Below are positions 18,196 through 27,212 of a stretch of DNA of 64,000 bases, piece after piece; the first letter of the stretch is position 1; each line of letters opens with the position of its first letter. The stretch is from Verrucomicrobiota bacterium (GTDB lineage Bacteria; Verrucomicrobiota; Verrucomicrobiia; Opitutales; Cerasicoccaceae). The notes below the pieces were generated by a model that saw nothing but the letters and a program-made list of their open reading frames with translations, ran no database searches and was not told the origin of the DNA. The stretch is from NCBI GenBank assembly GCA_039818205.1, contig JBCBUK010000007.1, positions 128,001-192,000 of the forward strand, written 5' to 3'. The translations under genes and the position numbers were made by a program.

Positions 18196-20592
18196 ATGCG
18201 AACGACCAAAAACAAAACGAAGACACAATGCGACCATTGCGGCACGGCGTTCAAACCAAAGGACGACGAACGCTTCTGCTGCCACGGTTGCGAGTTCGTG
18301 CATCGTTTGTTGAGCGAAAATGGTTTTGGTCGATTCTATCAGCTGAAAGGTTCCAAAGCCACGCCGCCTGTCGGCTCCAAGGTCTTCAAGGAATCTAGCT
18401 TCGACTGGCTAGCGGATCTCGCACTTAACGCCGAAGGCGAATCAGACTCATCAATCATCGACCTTCACCTTGGAGTTCGCGGGATCTCTTGTGTCGGTTG
18501 CGTCTGGCTGATTGAAACTATTTTTCAACAACAGGCCGGCGCGATATCGGTCAATATCGATACCAACCAAGGGGCGGCAATGCTTCGCTGGGAAAGCGGC
18601 AAACTGGACATCACCGCGTTCGCCCAGGAGATGTTGCGGCTAGGGTATGAGCTAACCCCAAATCGTCCCAAGACAGCCGACAAGAGATCAACGAACCCGA
18701 TTAGTAGTCGCATCGGAATCTGCGGGTTTTTTCTGCTAAATACGATGCTGTTCACGCTGCCCGGCTACCTGGGTATGTCCAGTGACTACTTTTTGACCCC
18801 ACTCTTTGATCTATTGGGTGCGTTGTTCGCCACGCTAAGCATGGTCGTTGGCGGTAGCTATTTTATCAGCCGTGCAGTCCGCGCTCTGCGGCGCAAAGTA
18901 ATTCATATCGACCTGCCAATTGCCCTCGGATTGAGCGTCGCCTACATTGGCTCAATTCTGGGATGGATGAGTGGCCACCCGAACCTCATCTACTTCGATT
19001 TCGTCGCGACCTTCGTATTCCTCATGTTGTTTGGGCGTTGGCTGCAGGAATACGCGCTGGAGCGCAATCGACGACACATCAACGAGCGCAGCCCGGAAAG
19101 CAGATCGGTTACAGTATTCGGTGGACCGGACGACGGAGCTTCAATGCCAATAGAACAGATCGAACCGGAGCAATGCTACACGATCGAGCGCGGCTCCATC
19201 AACCCAGTCAGCGCCCGCCTGCTTGGTGGCGCAGCCTCCGCCAGCCTTGAATGGATTAATGGTGAAGCCGAGCCCGTTCCCTTTGACCACGGTAATTTGA
19301 TCCCCGCTGGGGCCATTAACGTCGGTCTGGAACCGATTACGTTACGGGCTGAGGAATCTTGGGAGGAGAGCCTTCTCGCCGAGCTGCTGAAGACCCCCGT
19401 TGACACATTTCGAAACAAGCGAGTCCAGCGTATCCTTGCGGGCTACCTGTCTGCGGTCCTGATCATTGCTACAATTGGCGGGCTTGCCTGGGGCTTAAAG
19501 ACATGGGACTTAATTGCCGCGCTGCAGGTGTTCATCTCGGTGCTCATCGTTTCCTGCCCATGCGCTTTGGGCGTGGCGCTCCCGCTCATCGACGAACTGT
19601 GTAACGCTAAGCTTCGCAACGCCGGACTTTTCATTAAAACGGCGACCATTTGGGCGCGACTCAGGCAGGTGAAGCACATCATCTTCGACAAAACCGGTAC
19701 GCTTTCCCTCGAAACACCGCGCCTGCTAAATCCCGAGGTCCTTGACAGCCTTTCCACTGTGGGGATTCAAGCATTGTATGCGTTAACCCAGTACAACCTT
19801 CATCCTGTCGCTCGGTCCATTCGGGAAAATCTACTGGTGAAATTCGCGAACATTGAGCAAGTGCCGTTTACCAACGAAGCCATCAAAGAATGTGTGGGCA
19901 ACGGCGTCTATTTCCGAGATGAAAACGATTTCACCTGGAGCCTCGGAAAACCAGGCTGGCGACAGCACGGGTTTGCTGCCTGCGCATCTGGAAGATCGAA
20001 TGCGCAGGCCGATCTTTCCTACGAGGGTCACACCATAGCCGCGTTTGCCTTTCAGGAAGACCTGCGTGACGAAACCCGGGCGACTATTCGGCAGATGCGC
20101 CACTACGGATACGAGATCGCAATTCTAAGCGGCGACATCGAGGCAAATGTGCACCGGGTTGCAGCCCGCATTGGCGTCGCTCCAGGGTTCGCCCTCGCTC
20201 GTTGCACGCCCCGCGCGAAGGCTCGGTGGATACACACCCACGCTAGAAATAATGCACTGATGATTGGCGACGGTGCAAATGATCGCCTAGCCTTCGATCA
20301 AGCAGTTTGCCGAGGCACCCCCATTGTAGACCGCAGCCTTTTGGAAAGCTCGGCTGACTTTTTCTTCTTTGGTCGAAGCCTCGCAAGCATTCCCAAGCTT
20401 TTCGAAACGGCCCGGGTGCGCCAGCTCGCGGTGCTCGCGGTACTCGGATTCGCGATCACCTACAACCTGATTGCCGTGACCATCTCACTCATGGGCGCCA
20501 TGCATCCGCTCCTCGCCGCGATCTTGATGCCAATCAGCTCACTCATTGCCCTCGCGATTCCCTGGGTACTCCTCCAGGACCGAGATTGCTGA
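18196..20592 (+). CDS. ccoI: Heavy-metal P1B-type ATPase (CcoI/FixI)
   Basis: CDHCG...CCHGC, CVGC metal-binding motif, SCPCALG, DKTGTL, GDGAND, YN in the C-terminal TM. Confidence 0.92.
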   Translation: MRTTKNKTKTQCDHCGTAFKPKDDERFCCHGCEFVHRLLSENGFGRFYQLKGSKATPPVGSKVFKESSFDWLADLALNAEGESDSSIIDLHLGVRGISCVGCVWLIETIFQQQAGAISVNIDTNQGAAMLRWESGKLDITAFAQEMLRLGYELTPNRPKTADKRSTNPISSRIGICGFFLLNTMLFTLPGYLGMSSDYFLTPLFDLLGALFATLSMVVGGSYFISRAVRALRRKVIHIDLPIALGLSVAYIGSILGWMSGHPNLIYFDFVATFVFLMLFGRWLQEYALERNRRHINERSPESRSVTVFGGPDDGASMPIEQIEPEQCYTIERGSINPVSARLLGGAASASLEWINGEAEPVPFDHGNLIPAGAINVGLEPITLRAEESWEESLLAELLKTPVDTFRNKRVQRILAGYLSAVLIIATIGGLAWGLKTWDLIAALQVFISVLIVSCPCALGVALPLIDELCNAKLRNAGLFIKTATIWARLRQVKHIIFDKTGTLSLETPRLLNPEVLDSLSTVGIQALYALTQYNLHPVARSIRENLLVKFANIEQVPFTNEAIKECVGNGVYFRDENDFTWSLGKPGWRQHGFAACASGRSNAQADLSYEGHTIAAFAFQEDLRDETRATIRQMRHYGYEIAILSGDIEANVHRVAARIGVAPGFALARCTPRAKARWIHTHARNNALMIGDGANDRLAFDQAVCRGTPIVDRSLLESSADFFFFGRSLASIPKLFETARVRQLAVLAVLGFAITYNLIAVTISLMGAMHPLLAAILMPISSLIALAIPWVLLQDRDC

Positions 20593-20672
20593 CTCCGGAT
20601 CGGGCAATATCCGGTCAATGGCGAGTAGTTGGGCTTTACAGCCGGGCGAAAGGTCATTGAACTGCCAGCATT

Positions 20673-21233
20673 ATGGAACCCGATCAAATCGTCTCTCAAA
20701 CCACCGCCCACATGAAAAAGGCGGTGGACCACACCTTGCATGAATTCGGCACTATCCATACGGGGAAGGCCTCGCCAGCGATGGTCGAAACCGTGCAGGT
20801 CGACGCGTATGGCAGCATGATGCCGCTCAAGGAGGTCGCTGCGATCACCACGCCCGACTCACGCACCATTAGTATTCAGCCTTGGGACAAAACCGTTCTC
20901 AAGGGCGTGGAAAGCGCCCTGCTCAAGGCGAACCTCGGTTTTACCCCAACAATCATGGGCGACAAAATATTCTGCCCACTGCCAGAGCTTTCCAAAGAGC
21001 GACGCAAGGAACTCGTCAAGATGTGTCATAACCTCGCCGAACAAGGTAAAGTTGGCGTACGCGCTGCGCGTCGCGACGGTATGGATGGCATCAAGCAAGC
21101 CGAGAAAGACAAAGCAATTTCGGAAGACGACCGCAAACTCTACGAAAAAGAGATTCAGGATCACACCGACAAATCCGTGAAAGAAATCGATCAGCACCTC
21201 AAACACAAAGAGGAAGAGCTGATGAAGGTCTAA
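20673..21233 (+). CDS. frr: Ribosome recycling factor
   Basis: IHTGKASP, VDAYG, IQPWDK, PELSKERRKELVK. Confidence 0.97.
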   Translation: MEPDQIVSQTTAHMKKAVDHTLHEFGTIHTGKASPAMVETVQVDAYGSMMPLKEVAAITTPDSRTISIQPWDKTVLKGVESALLKANLGFTPTIMGDKIFCPLPELSKERRKELVKMCHNLAEQGKVGVRAARRDGMDGIKQAEKDKAISEDDRKLYEKEIQDHTDKSVKEIDQHLKHKEEELMKV

Positions 21234-21373
21234 GTTTCCTCGGATTGAGGAATATTGAGAACGGAATTCCGGTTGATCGTTGAAAACGTGGACGCTGGGG
21301 CATGAGTCCCCCTCACTGCCCGCATTCCGCGAATGATCACCCGCATACTCTCCTCGCAACGCTGCGCCTTAGC

Positions 21374-22510
21374 ATGTCCAGCCACTCCATATTTTCGGAT
21401 CCAGAATCCCCCCTCAAACGTGTCGTGGTCAAACTCGGTACGGGTATTTTGACCGCCGAGCTTGGTCAGCTTGACTCCGTGTGTCTGGAACAGATCGCGG
21501 CCCAGATAGCCGAACTCCGAAACCGTGGCCTAGAAGTCATCGTGGTGTCATCGGGCGCAGTCGGTCTCGGCATGGGCCGTCTTGGCATGTCTCAACGACC
21601 AAAGAAACTTGCAGGCATGCAAGCCTGCGCGGCGGTTGGCCAAAGCATCCTGACCGAAACCTGGCAAAATGCGTTCAGCCCGCACAATATCATCGTCGCT
21701 CAGCTCCTGCTAACGCGCGACGATGTCCGCGGGCGGAGACGTCACGTCGCCATACGCGACCTCATCGAGGAATTACTCAAGCAAGGCATTGTTCCAATCA
21801 TCAATGAGAACGACTCCGTCAGCAAGGTGGAGCTCGAACTCCTGGGGTTTGGAGATAACGATGTCCTGTCAGCCCTGGTTACCAGCCTGACCAAATCCGA
21901 CCTGCTGGCCATATTGTCAACGGCTCCCGGCGTTATCGATCGCGGGGGCACCGAAAAGATTATCCCTGTCATTGAAAAGATTTCTCCTGAAATCGAAGCC
22001 CTGGCCGGTGGATCCGAAAGTGTCACGGGAACCGGGGGCATGGTGACCAAGTTGGAAGCCGCCCGCGTCGCCACGATGTCGGGTGCTGCTGTCTTCATTG
22101 GAAACGGTAAATCTCCGGATATCTTAATCGAGTTACTCGAGGGCCGCGCACCAGGAACACTCTTTAAACCCGGCGTGCAATCCTTGAACGCGCGGCATCG
22201 CTGGATTGCCCACTTTCAAGAGACGCGCGGCACACTCATTGTGGACGCCGGAGCCGTAAGCGCATTGCGTGAAAAAGGTAAAAGCCTGCTCGGAAAGGGA
22301 GTCACCGCGGTAGACGGTGACTTTAGCGCTGGAGACGTCGTCTCAGTCGCTGACACCGACGGCGTAATATTTGCCCGCGGCGTTGTCACCTTCGATCACC
22401 AAGCCGTTCGTGACCTACTCGGCCAAAGTAATGCCGACATCGCCGACGCCCACCCCGAGCAGACAAGAGTCGAAGTCATCCACCGCGACGAACTTGTGTT
22501 GCTCGGTTAG
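21374..22510 (+). CDS. proB: Glutamate 5-kinase
   Basis: VVKLGT, VSSGAV, PIINENDSV, GDNDVLSA, GTGGMVTKL, C-terminal PUA domain. Confidence 0.96.
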   Translation: MSSHSIFSDPESPLKRVVVKLGTGILTAELGQLDSVCLEQIAAQIAELRNRGLEVIVVSSGAVGLGMGRLGMSQRPKKLAGMQACAAVGQSILTETWQNAFSPHNIIVAQLLLTRDDVRGRRRHVAIRDLIEELLKQGIVPIINENDSVSKVELELLGFGDNDVLSALVTSLTKSDLLAILSTAPGVIDRGGTEKIIPVIEKISPEIEALAGGSESVTGTGGMVTKLEAARVATMSGAAVFIGNGKSPDILIELLEGRAPGTLFKPGVQSLNARHRWIAHFQETRGTLIVDAGAVSALREKGKSLLGKGVTAVDGDFSAGDVVSVADTDGVIFARGVVTFDHQAVRDLLGQSNADIADAHPEQTRVEVIHRDELVLLG

Positions 22511-22570
22511 CAATCCTTTCGGCGAACTTAAACAACGATCCAATCGAATTCGATCGATTGAATCACTCGC

Positions 22571-24160
22571 CTAGTTCTCGGCATAGACGCGCCAGTTGAT
22601 GTCCGGGAAGATATTATCCATCAGTTCCAAGGTTTCGAGCTCCTTGGCGTCTACGGTGTCTTCGGTGAGCGCACTTGCCAGATAATGGAATCGGCTGCAG
22701 TGATCCCGAACTCGGCGCTCGGCATATTGCTGAGAGGTACCATTGGAAACGATGAAAGGCCAGTCCGAGCTTTGTGCCAACACAAGCTCGCGAGCACATT
22801 GCTTCAAGGCGCGATCGTTCAGTTTCTTGACTGTTTTCTTTTGGTTGAAGGAATTGGCGAGCTCGACCATGCGCCACCCGCAAGCAGTCAACTGATCAAG
22901 CATCCAATCATTCTCGCCGTTGAGCCAATATTCAAAGTGCCCCTTGTGTCCCCAAGAAGAAGTCACGGGATAGGCTGTTTGGTGAACGGGATTACGATCC
23001 AAATATTTGCCCAGGGAAATCGTCTCGAGTGAGCTTTGATCATAGGCAGCTTTCCGCAGAACATAATCGAGCCAAGTTGGACCTTCGAACCACCAATGCC
23101 CAAACAGTTCGGCGTCGAACGGAGCTACGATCACGGGAGCAACACCCATTGTTGATTTAAGGTAGTCTATGTGCGAAACCCGCTGAGATAAGAATTGGGC
23201 CGCGTGCTGATCCGCCTTTTTCCGGGCCGATTCCGGATCGTAGCCAGCCTTATTATAGCCGGGTCCGGTGATGCGGTGGTACTTGATGCCAGTGTCCGAG
23301 CGGACATCCCCCGGCAAAAACGGCTTGAGATAATCAAAATCAAGTTCGTGCCCGATGTCCCGATAGAACTCGCGATAATCGCCATCACCAGGAAAACCGG
23401 CTTCAGCCGACCAAACTTGCTTGGTGCAGGCGTGGTCGCGTCCGAATGCGGCAACACCCGAAGGTGTGAATAGCGGAGCATGAACTCCGTATACTGGCGC
23501 TGGGTTGGAATACTCGATACCCGAGGACTCCGTGCAGAAAAACCGTATACCGTAGTCCCGGAGACGCTCATCTAAGCCGGGGTAGTAGGCACACTCAGGA
23601 AGCCAGGCTCCATTAGCCTTGAACCCCATCACCGACTCGAAGTAAGCAAAGCCGTTCTCAAGCTGGCCCTCCATCGTCTTCGGGATAGCAGCAAGGTGCG
23701 GCATAAAGCCATGCGTGCCAACGCAGCTGATAACCTCCAAATTGCCGCGTTCGTGCAAAGCCTTGAATTTCGTCGAAAGGCGTCCATTACAGGCCTCAAA
23801 ATAATCGAGGCAGTTTTTGAAATAATCGTGATACCATCCAGCAAGGTATTTGAAATGCGGATCGCCTTTGAGCCGTTCCTGCTCGCGCTCGCAAAGCTCA
23901 ACAAGAACTTTCATCCGTCGCTGATAGCGCGCCCGCAGGAGTTCGTCTTCAAGCATCGCCAACAAAGACGGCGAAATCGAAATCGTCAGACCCCATGGGA
24001 CACTTTCTTCGTCGAGAGCTTCGAATCGTTGAAGCAGCGGAATGTACGTTTCGGTGATCGCCTCGAAAAACCACAACTCCTCGAGAAACTGATCGTATTC
24101 CGGGTGCCGAACAAACGGCAAATGAGCATGAAGAACAAATGAAAGGTAACCGTTAGCCAT
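22571..24160 (-). CDS. GH57 1,4-alpha-glucan branching enzyme (DUF1957 type), copy 1
   Basis: LHAHLPFV, WLPECAY (nucleophile Glu), PFDAELFGHWWFEG (acid/base Asp), LAQSSDWPF. Confidence 0.93.
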   Translation of the reverse strand: MANGYLSFVLHAHLPFVRHPEYDQFLEELWFFEAITETYIPLLQRFEALDEESVPWGLTISISPSLLAMLEDELLRARYQRRMKVLVELCEREQERLKGDPHFKYLAGWYHDYFKNCLDYFEACNGRLSTKFKALHERGNLEVISCVGTHGFMPHLAAIPKTMEGQLENGFAYFESVMGFKANGAWLPECAYYPGLDERLRDYGIRFFCTESSGIEYSNPAPVYGVHAPLFTPSGVAAFGRDHACTKQVWSAEAGFPGDGDYREFYRDIGHELDFDYLKPFLPGDVRSDTGIKYHRITGPGYNKAGYDPESARKKADQHAAQFLSQRVSHIDYLKSTMGVAPVIVAPFDAELFGHWWFEGPTWLDYVLRKAAYDQSSLETISLGKYLDRNPVHQTAYPVTSSWGHKGHFEYWLNGENDWMLDQLTACGWRMVELANSFNQKKTVKKLNDRALKQCARELVLAQSSDWPFIVSNGTSQQYAERRVRDHCSRFHYLASALTEDTVDAKELETLELMDNIFPDINWRVYAEN

Positions 24161-24162
24161 TA

Positions 24163-25755
24163 CTATGCTCCTCCTTTCTTAGAGGCGCTGAGTATCGTGT
24201 TATAATGAATGCAAAGTTCCACGGCGAGTCCATCCACCGATTGCGGTTTGCTTACCTGGTGATGTGATCCTTGGTAACCTAAGCTGCGCGGATTATTAAA
24301 CATTTCCTGTAGCCCCCAAATCACGGAGCCCGGGTTGTCGTAAACAACCAAGCCATTTTGCCCATGATTCACGCAACCAATACGGGCCTGGTGCGTCGTC
24401 ATGACTGGCTTTCCATTCTCCAAAGCCAATTGAGCCAGCCCTTCATCCTGCCAGGTTCGCGCTGGTATGACCACAAACTCACAGGCCGCCAACAGATCAG
24501 TAAAATGATCGCGGTTAACATGGCCCACAAAACGAATACGATCGCCCAAGCCTGCATGATGAGCCCGCTGCTCAAGCTCAGGCCTGAGCGGACCGCTACC
24601 AGCATAGATCAATTGCGCCTCTTCATTCACCCCGCAGACGTGTTCCATCGCGGTCATCAAAAGATCCGCTCCAGCCGCATGGGACACCTCTCCAGAATAT
24701 AATGCCAGCGGCCGAGCCGGATGGAGGTGGTAGCGCTTTTTCACCGTTCCAGGATCAAAAGCTTGTGGAATCACGCCCTGAAATAAGTCTGGTAAGACCA
24801 TGGTGCGTTCTTCGGGAATACCGTAATCAGCAATCAAATGATTCCGCGTCTCGCTGTGCGGCGTAATAACCCAGTCTGCTTTTTTAAGAGCGGCAGCTTC
24901 TTTTTTCAGGATAGCCTCGTCAGGCTCGCGTCCACGCATACCCGAGCGCTCACGCTCACTCGCGTGGACACTTAAAACGAGAGGAACCTTATGGGTTTTT
25001 GCTAATTTTGCTGCGTCCTTGACCGAATCGATGTCGTGGGCGTGAACGAGTTTCGGCTTTGTTGTGTTTCCATCCGTTCCGTCCTCGAAATGAACGCCGA
25101 GTGGATCCGTTGCTTGATGGAGCTCGGCCAAGTAATTTCGCAGTCGGCTTGCGGACTCCTCATTTGGATCATCGGCAAAAAACGTAATCTCAAGGTCCTC
25201 CGCCAATGAACCACTCCAGCTGCGGTGAATGCGTTCGTAAGTCGAAGCATCAAAGATATTGTCGACCGGCACAACTCGCTCAAAACGCCCACCAACATAC
25301 ATGCCACGAGTCGAACTACGGCCACAACGACCACCACGATCCATAAAAATTGTCTGCGAGCGAGCAAGCGCGCGATATTTGCCGTTCTTCAATCGGAACC
25401 CGGCCTCCGCCATCCAGTAACGTTCTACGCGGTCCGTTCGCCAATAGTAATGGCCCCACAGGCCATCAACTTCGATATCGAATTGTTGATGAGCGTTAGT
25501 CCCGTCAAAATCAATCCACGACACATCGTAAAGTCGGATCGTCTGTCGGGCACCATTAAAGGCATCCCCCTCCTCGGCTTGGACCGCCTTAATCACCTCC
25601 ATGTCCAAGGACCAATGCAAATACGCAAGGCCCGACCGAATGGGAACAAAGGCGAGGTAGTTGCCACCAGGGGTCGACGTGTAGGTTTGACCGATTTTCC
25701 ATCCTACGGAGCGCATCCGCTCCATAATTTCAGGTTCGTAAGTTGCAGCTTTCAT
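24163..25755 (-). CDS. DUF4912-like domain fused to a GT4-like glycosyltransferase domain
   Basis: N-terminal YLHW...IRLYDVSWIDFDGTNAH...AEAG. C-terminal GT-B features (VHAHD, KGxD-like AGADLL, GSGPLR, RFVGHV, HGQNGL). Confidence 0.75.
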   Translation of the reverse strand: MKAATYEPEIMERMRSVGWKIGQTYTSTPGGNYLAFVPIRSGLAYLHWSLDMEVIKAVQAEEGDAFNGARQTIRLYDVSWIDFDGTNAHQQFDIEVDGLWGHYYWRTDRVERYWMAEAGFRLKNGKYRALARSQTIFMDRGGRCGRSSTRGMYVGGRFERVVPVDNIFDASTYERIHRSWSGSLAEDLEITFFADDPNEESASRLRNYLAELHQATDPLGVHFEDGTDGNTTKPKLVHAHDIDSVKDAAKLAKTHKVPLVLSVHASERERSGMRGREPDEAILKKEAAALKKADWVITPHSETRNHLIADYGIPEERTMVLPDLFQGVIPQAFDPGTVKKRYHLHPARPLALYSGEVSHAAGADLLMTAMEHVCGVNEEAQLIYAGSGPLRPELEQRAHHAGLGDRIRFVGHVNRDHFTDLLAACEFVVIPARTWQDEGLAQLALENGKPVMTTHQARIGCVNHGQNGLVVYDNPGSVIWGLQEMFNNPRSLGYQGSHHQVSKPQSVDGLAVELCIHYNTILSASKKGGA

Positions 25756-25879
25756 GAATGGGTCGCAGACCTTGTATGTTCCGCATCAAAAAGTTAGGGG
25801 CAAGTTAAAAGGGTCTACAGAATTCACTGAATCTGTCGACAATAGCGAATTGCGTGTCATTTCGATCTTCGTTCAAAGA

Positions 25880-25903
25880 TGGCACGGGCCATGCGGCATG
25901 GCC
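25880..25903 (+). promoter_or_regulatory. Candidate sigma-54 promoter overlapped by a perfect inverted repeat
   Basis: TGGCACGGGCCATGC (GG-N10-GC) at 25880-25894; palindrome GGCCATGC-G-GCATGGCC at 25887-25903. Confidence 0.4.
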
Positions 25904-25949
25904 AAATTCACTTGACTCACCTAACGCCTAATTCATCCTGACGCGACTA

Positions 25950-27212
25950 ATGCATAGCCCGCAACCACGATCCAGTTCTGGAAATAAATCATCTCCAGAA
26001 TCTTTGCGGCGCATTGCCGAAGCGATTGATCTGAAAGACGTTCCGGAAACAGCGCCAGGATTGACTTTGGTGCCGGTTGCTCCAGGACGGTTTCACGCAA
26101 ACTGGCACTTGGAAACCGCAATCATCAAGGAAGGATGCCGCATATTCGGCCTGCAACCCGAAGAGACGCGGCTCGTTCTCCGCGCTTACGAATTTTCAGA
26201 AGACGAACGGATCTATCAAGCCGCGCAATCTTGGGAAGATTTCCCCATTACGGGTTTGGTCAATCGGGGCTACTTCAATCTTGAGGCCGAATCACCGTTT
26301 ATTGGTGGAGCCTTGGGCCTTTTGAACTCCCATGGCCACTTTCGACCACTCCTGCGGGCGGAATCAATAAGTCTTCCGGTCGCTCCGAGTATAGCCAAGG
26401 AACCAATTGCAATTGATGACGAGGCCGGAGAGCATCAATTCTTCCCCGAGGTATTTGATGAGAACTCAATTCTTGCTCGTCTGCCTGTCCTCGAGGGCCT
26501 GCCCGAGGAGTTGTTAAGCCTACCCGTCACCCTCTCAGCTTCTCCTGAGCTAAAACCTTATTTTGAAGAAGTCCTCGACGAGCCAACCATTCACTTGGCG
26601 GCGGTGAGCGGAAAGATTTCGGATCCTCAGTATTACGTAAGCCAAATTCTTCCGGCGCAAGCGGCATCCCAAATTCCACCAGCAAGCATCAGTTCGGCTC
26701 CCGACAAGCCGGAGCAACTGTCTGACCAAAAACAGCCAAGCTCGCATAAGCCCTCGCCACCCGGTTCCTCCGAGCGACTAGCCAGCCAGTCGTCCGAGGT
26801 TTGGAACAACATGGCACCAATCTACCTGCGGGCAGAATTAGTTTTTAACGGAATTGTTGCGCCCGGCTTTAAAGTCAGGCTCAACGGCGTTCAACTCGGG
26901 CTCCTACCTGGCCGGCAGTTCAAGATTGTGAGAAAGATCAATCAATTCGTCGATATCTGGCCGTTCTTTTCCACGATAGATGATCAATTAGAGCAGATTT
27001 CGCTTTCCTCTGGCTTCAAAATCAAAAACAATGAAGAACAGGTGATAATTAATGTATCTATCTGTATAGAAGGTCGAATTAACGATCGAAGCTACCTGAA
27101 ACATATGCCCAAGTCGGTGAAAATTGATTCTGAAGGTCGGTTCACGCTCGATCGCCAGCTCAGCGACGGCGATGCTCTACTACCCGGTTTACTGGTAGAA
27201 GCCGACGCGTGA
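25950..27212 (+). CDS. DUF4912-like domain protein
   Basis: LTLVPVAPGRFHANW...RLVLRAYE, a P/S-rich linker, and C-terminal AELVFNG-type modules; GTGA overlap with the GH57 gene. Confidence 0.65.
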   Translation: MHSPQPRSSSGNKSSPESLRRIAEAIDLKDVPETAPGLTLVPVAPGRFHANWHLETAIIKEGCRIFGLQPEETRLVLRAYEFSEDERIYQAAQSWEDFPITGLVNRGYFNLEAESPFIGGALGLLNSHGHFRPLLRAESISLPVAPSIAKEPIAIDDEAGEHQFFPEVFDENSILARLPVLEGLPEELLSLPVTLSASPELKPYFEEVLDEPTIHLAAVSGKISDPQYYVSQILPAQAASQIPPASISSAPDKPEQLSDQKQPSSHKPSPPGSSERLASQSSEVWNNMAPIYLRAELVFNGIVAPGFKVRLNGVQLGLLPGRQFKIVRKINQFVDIWPFFSTIDDQLEQISLSSGFKIKNNEEQVIINVSICIEGRINDRSYLKHMPKSVKIDSEGRFTLDRQLSDGDALLPGLLVEADA

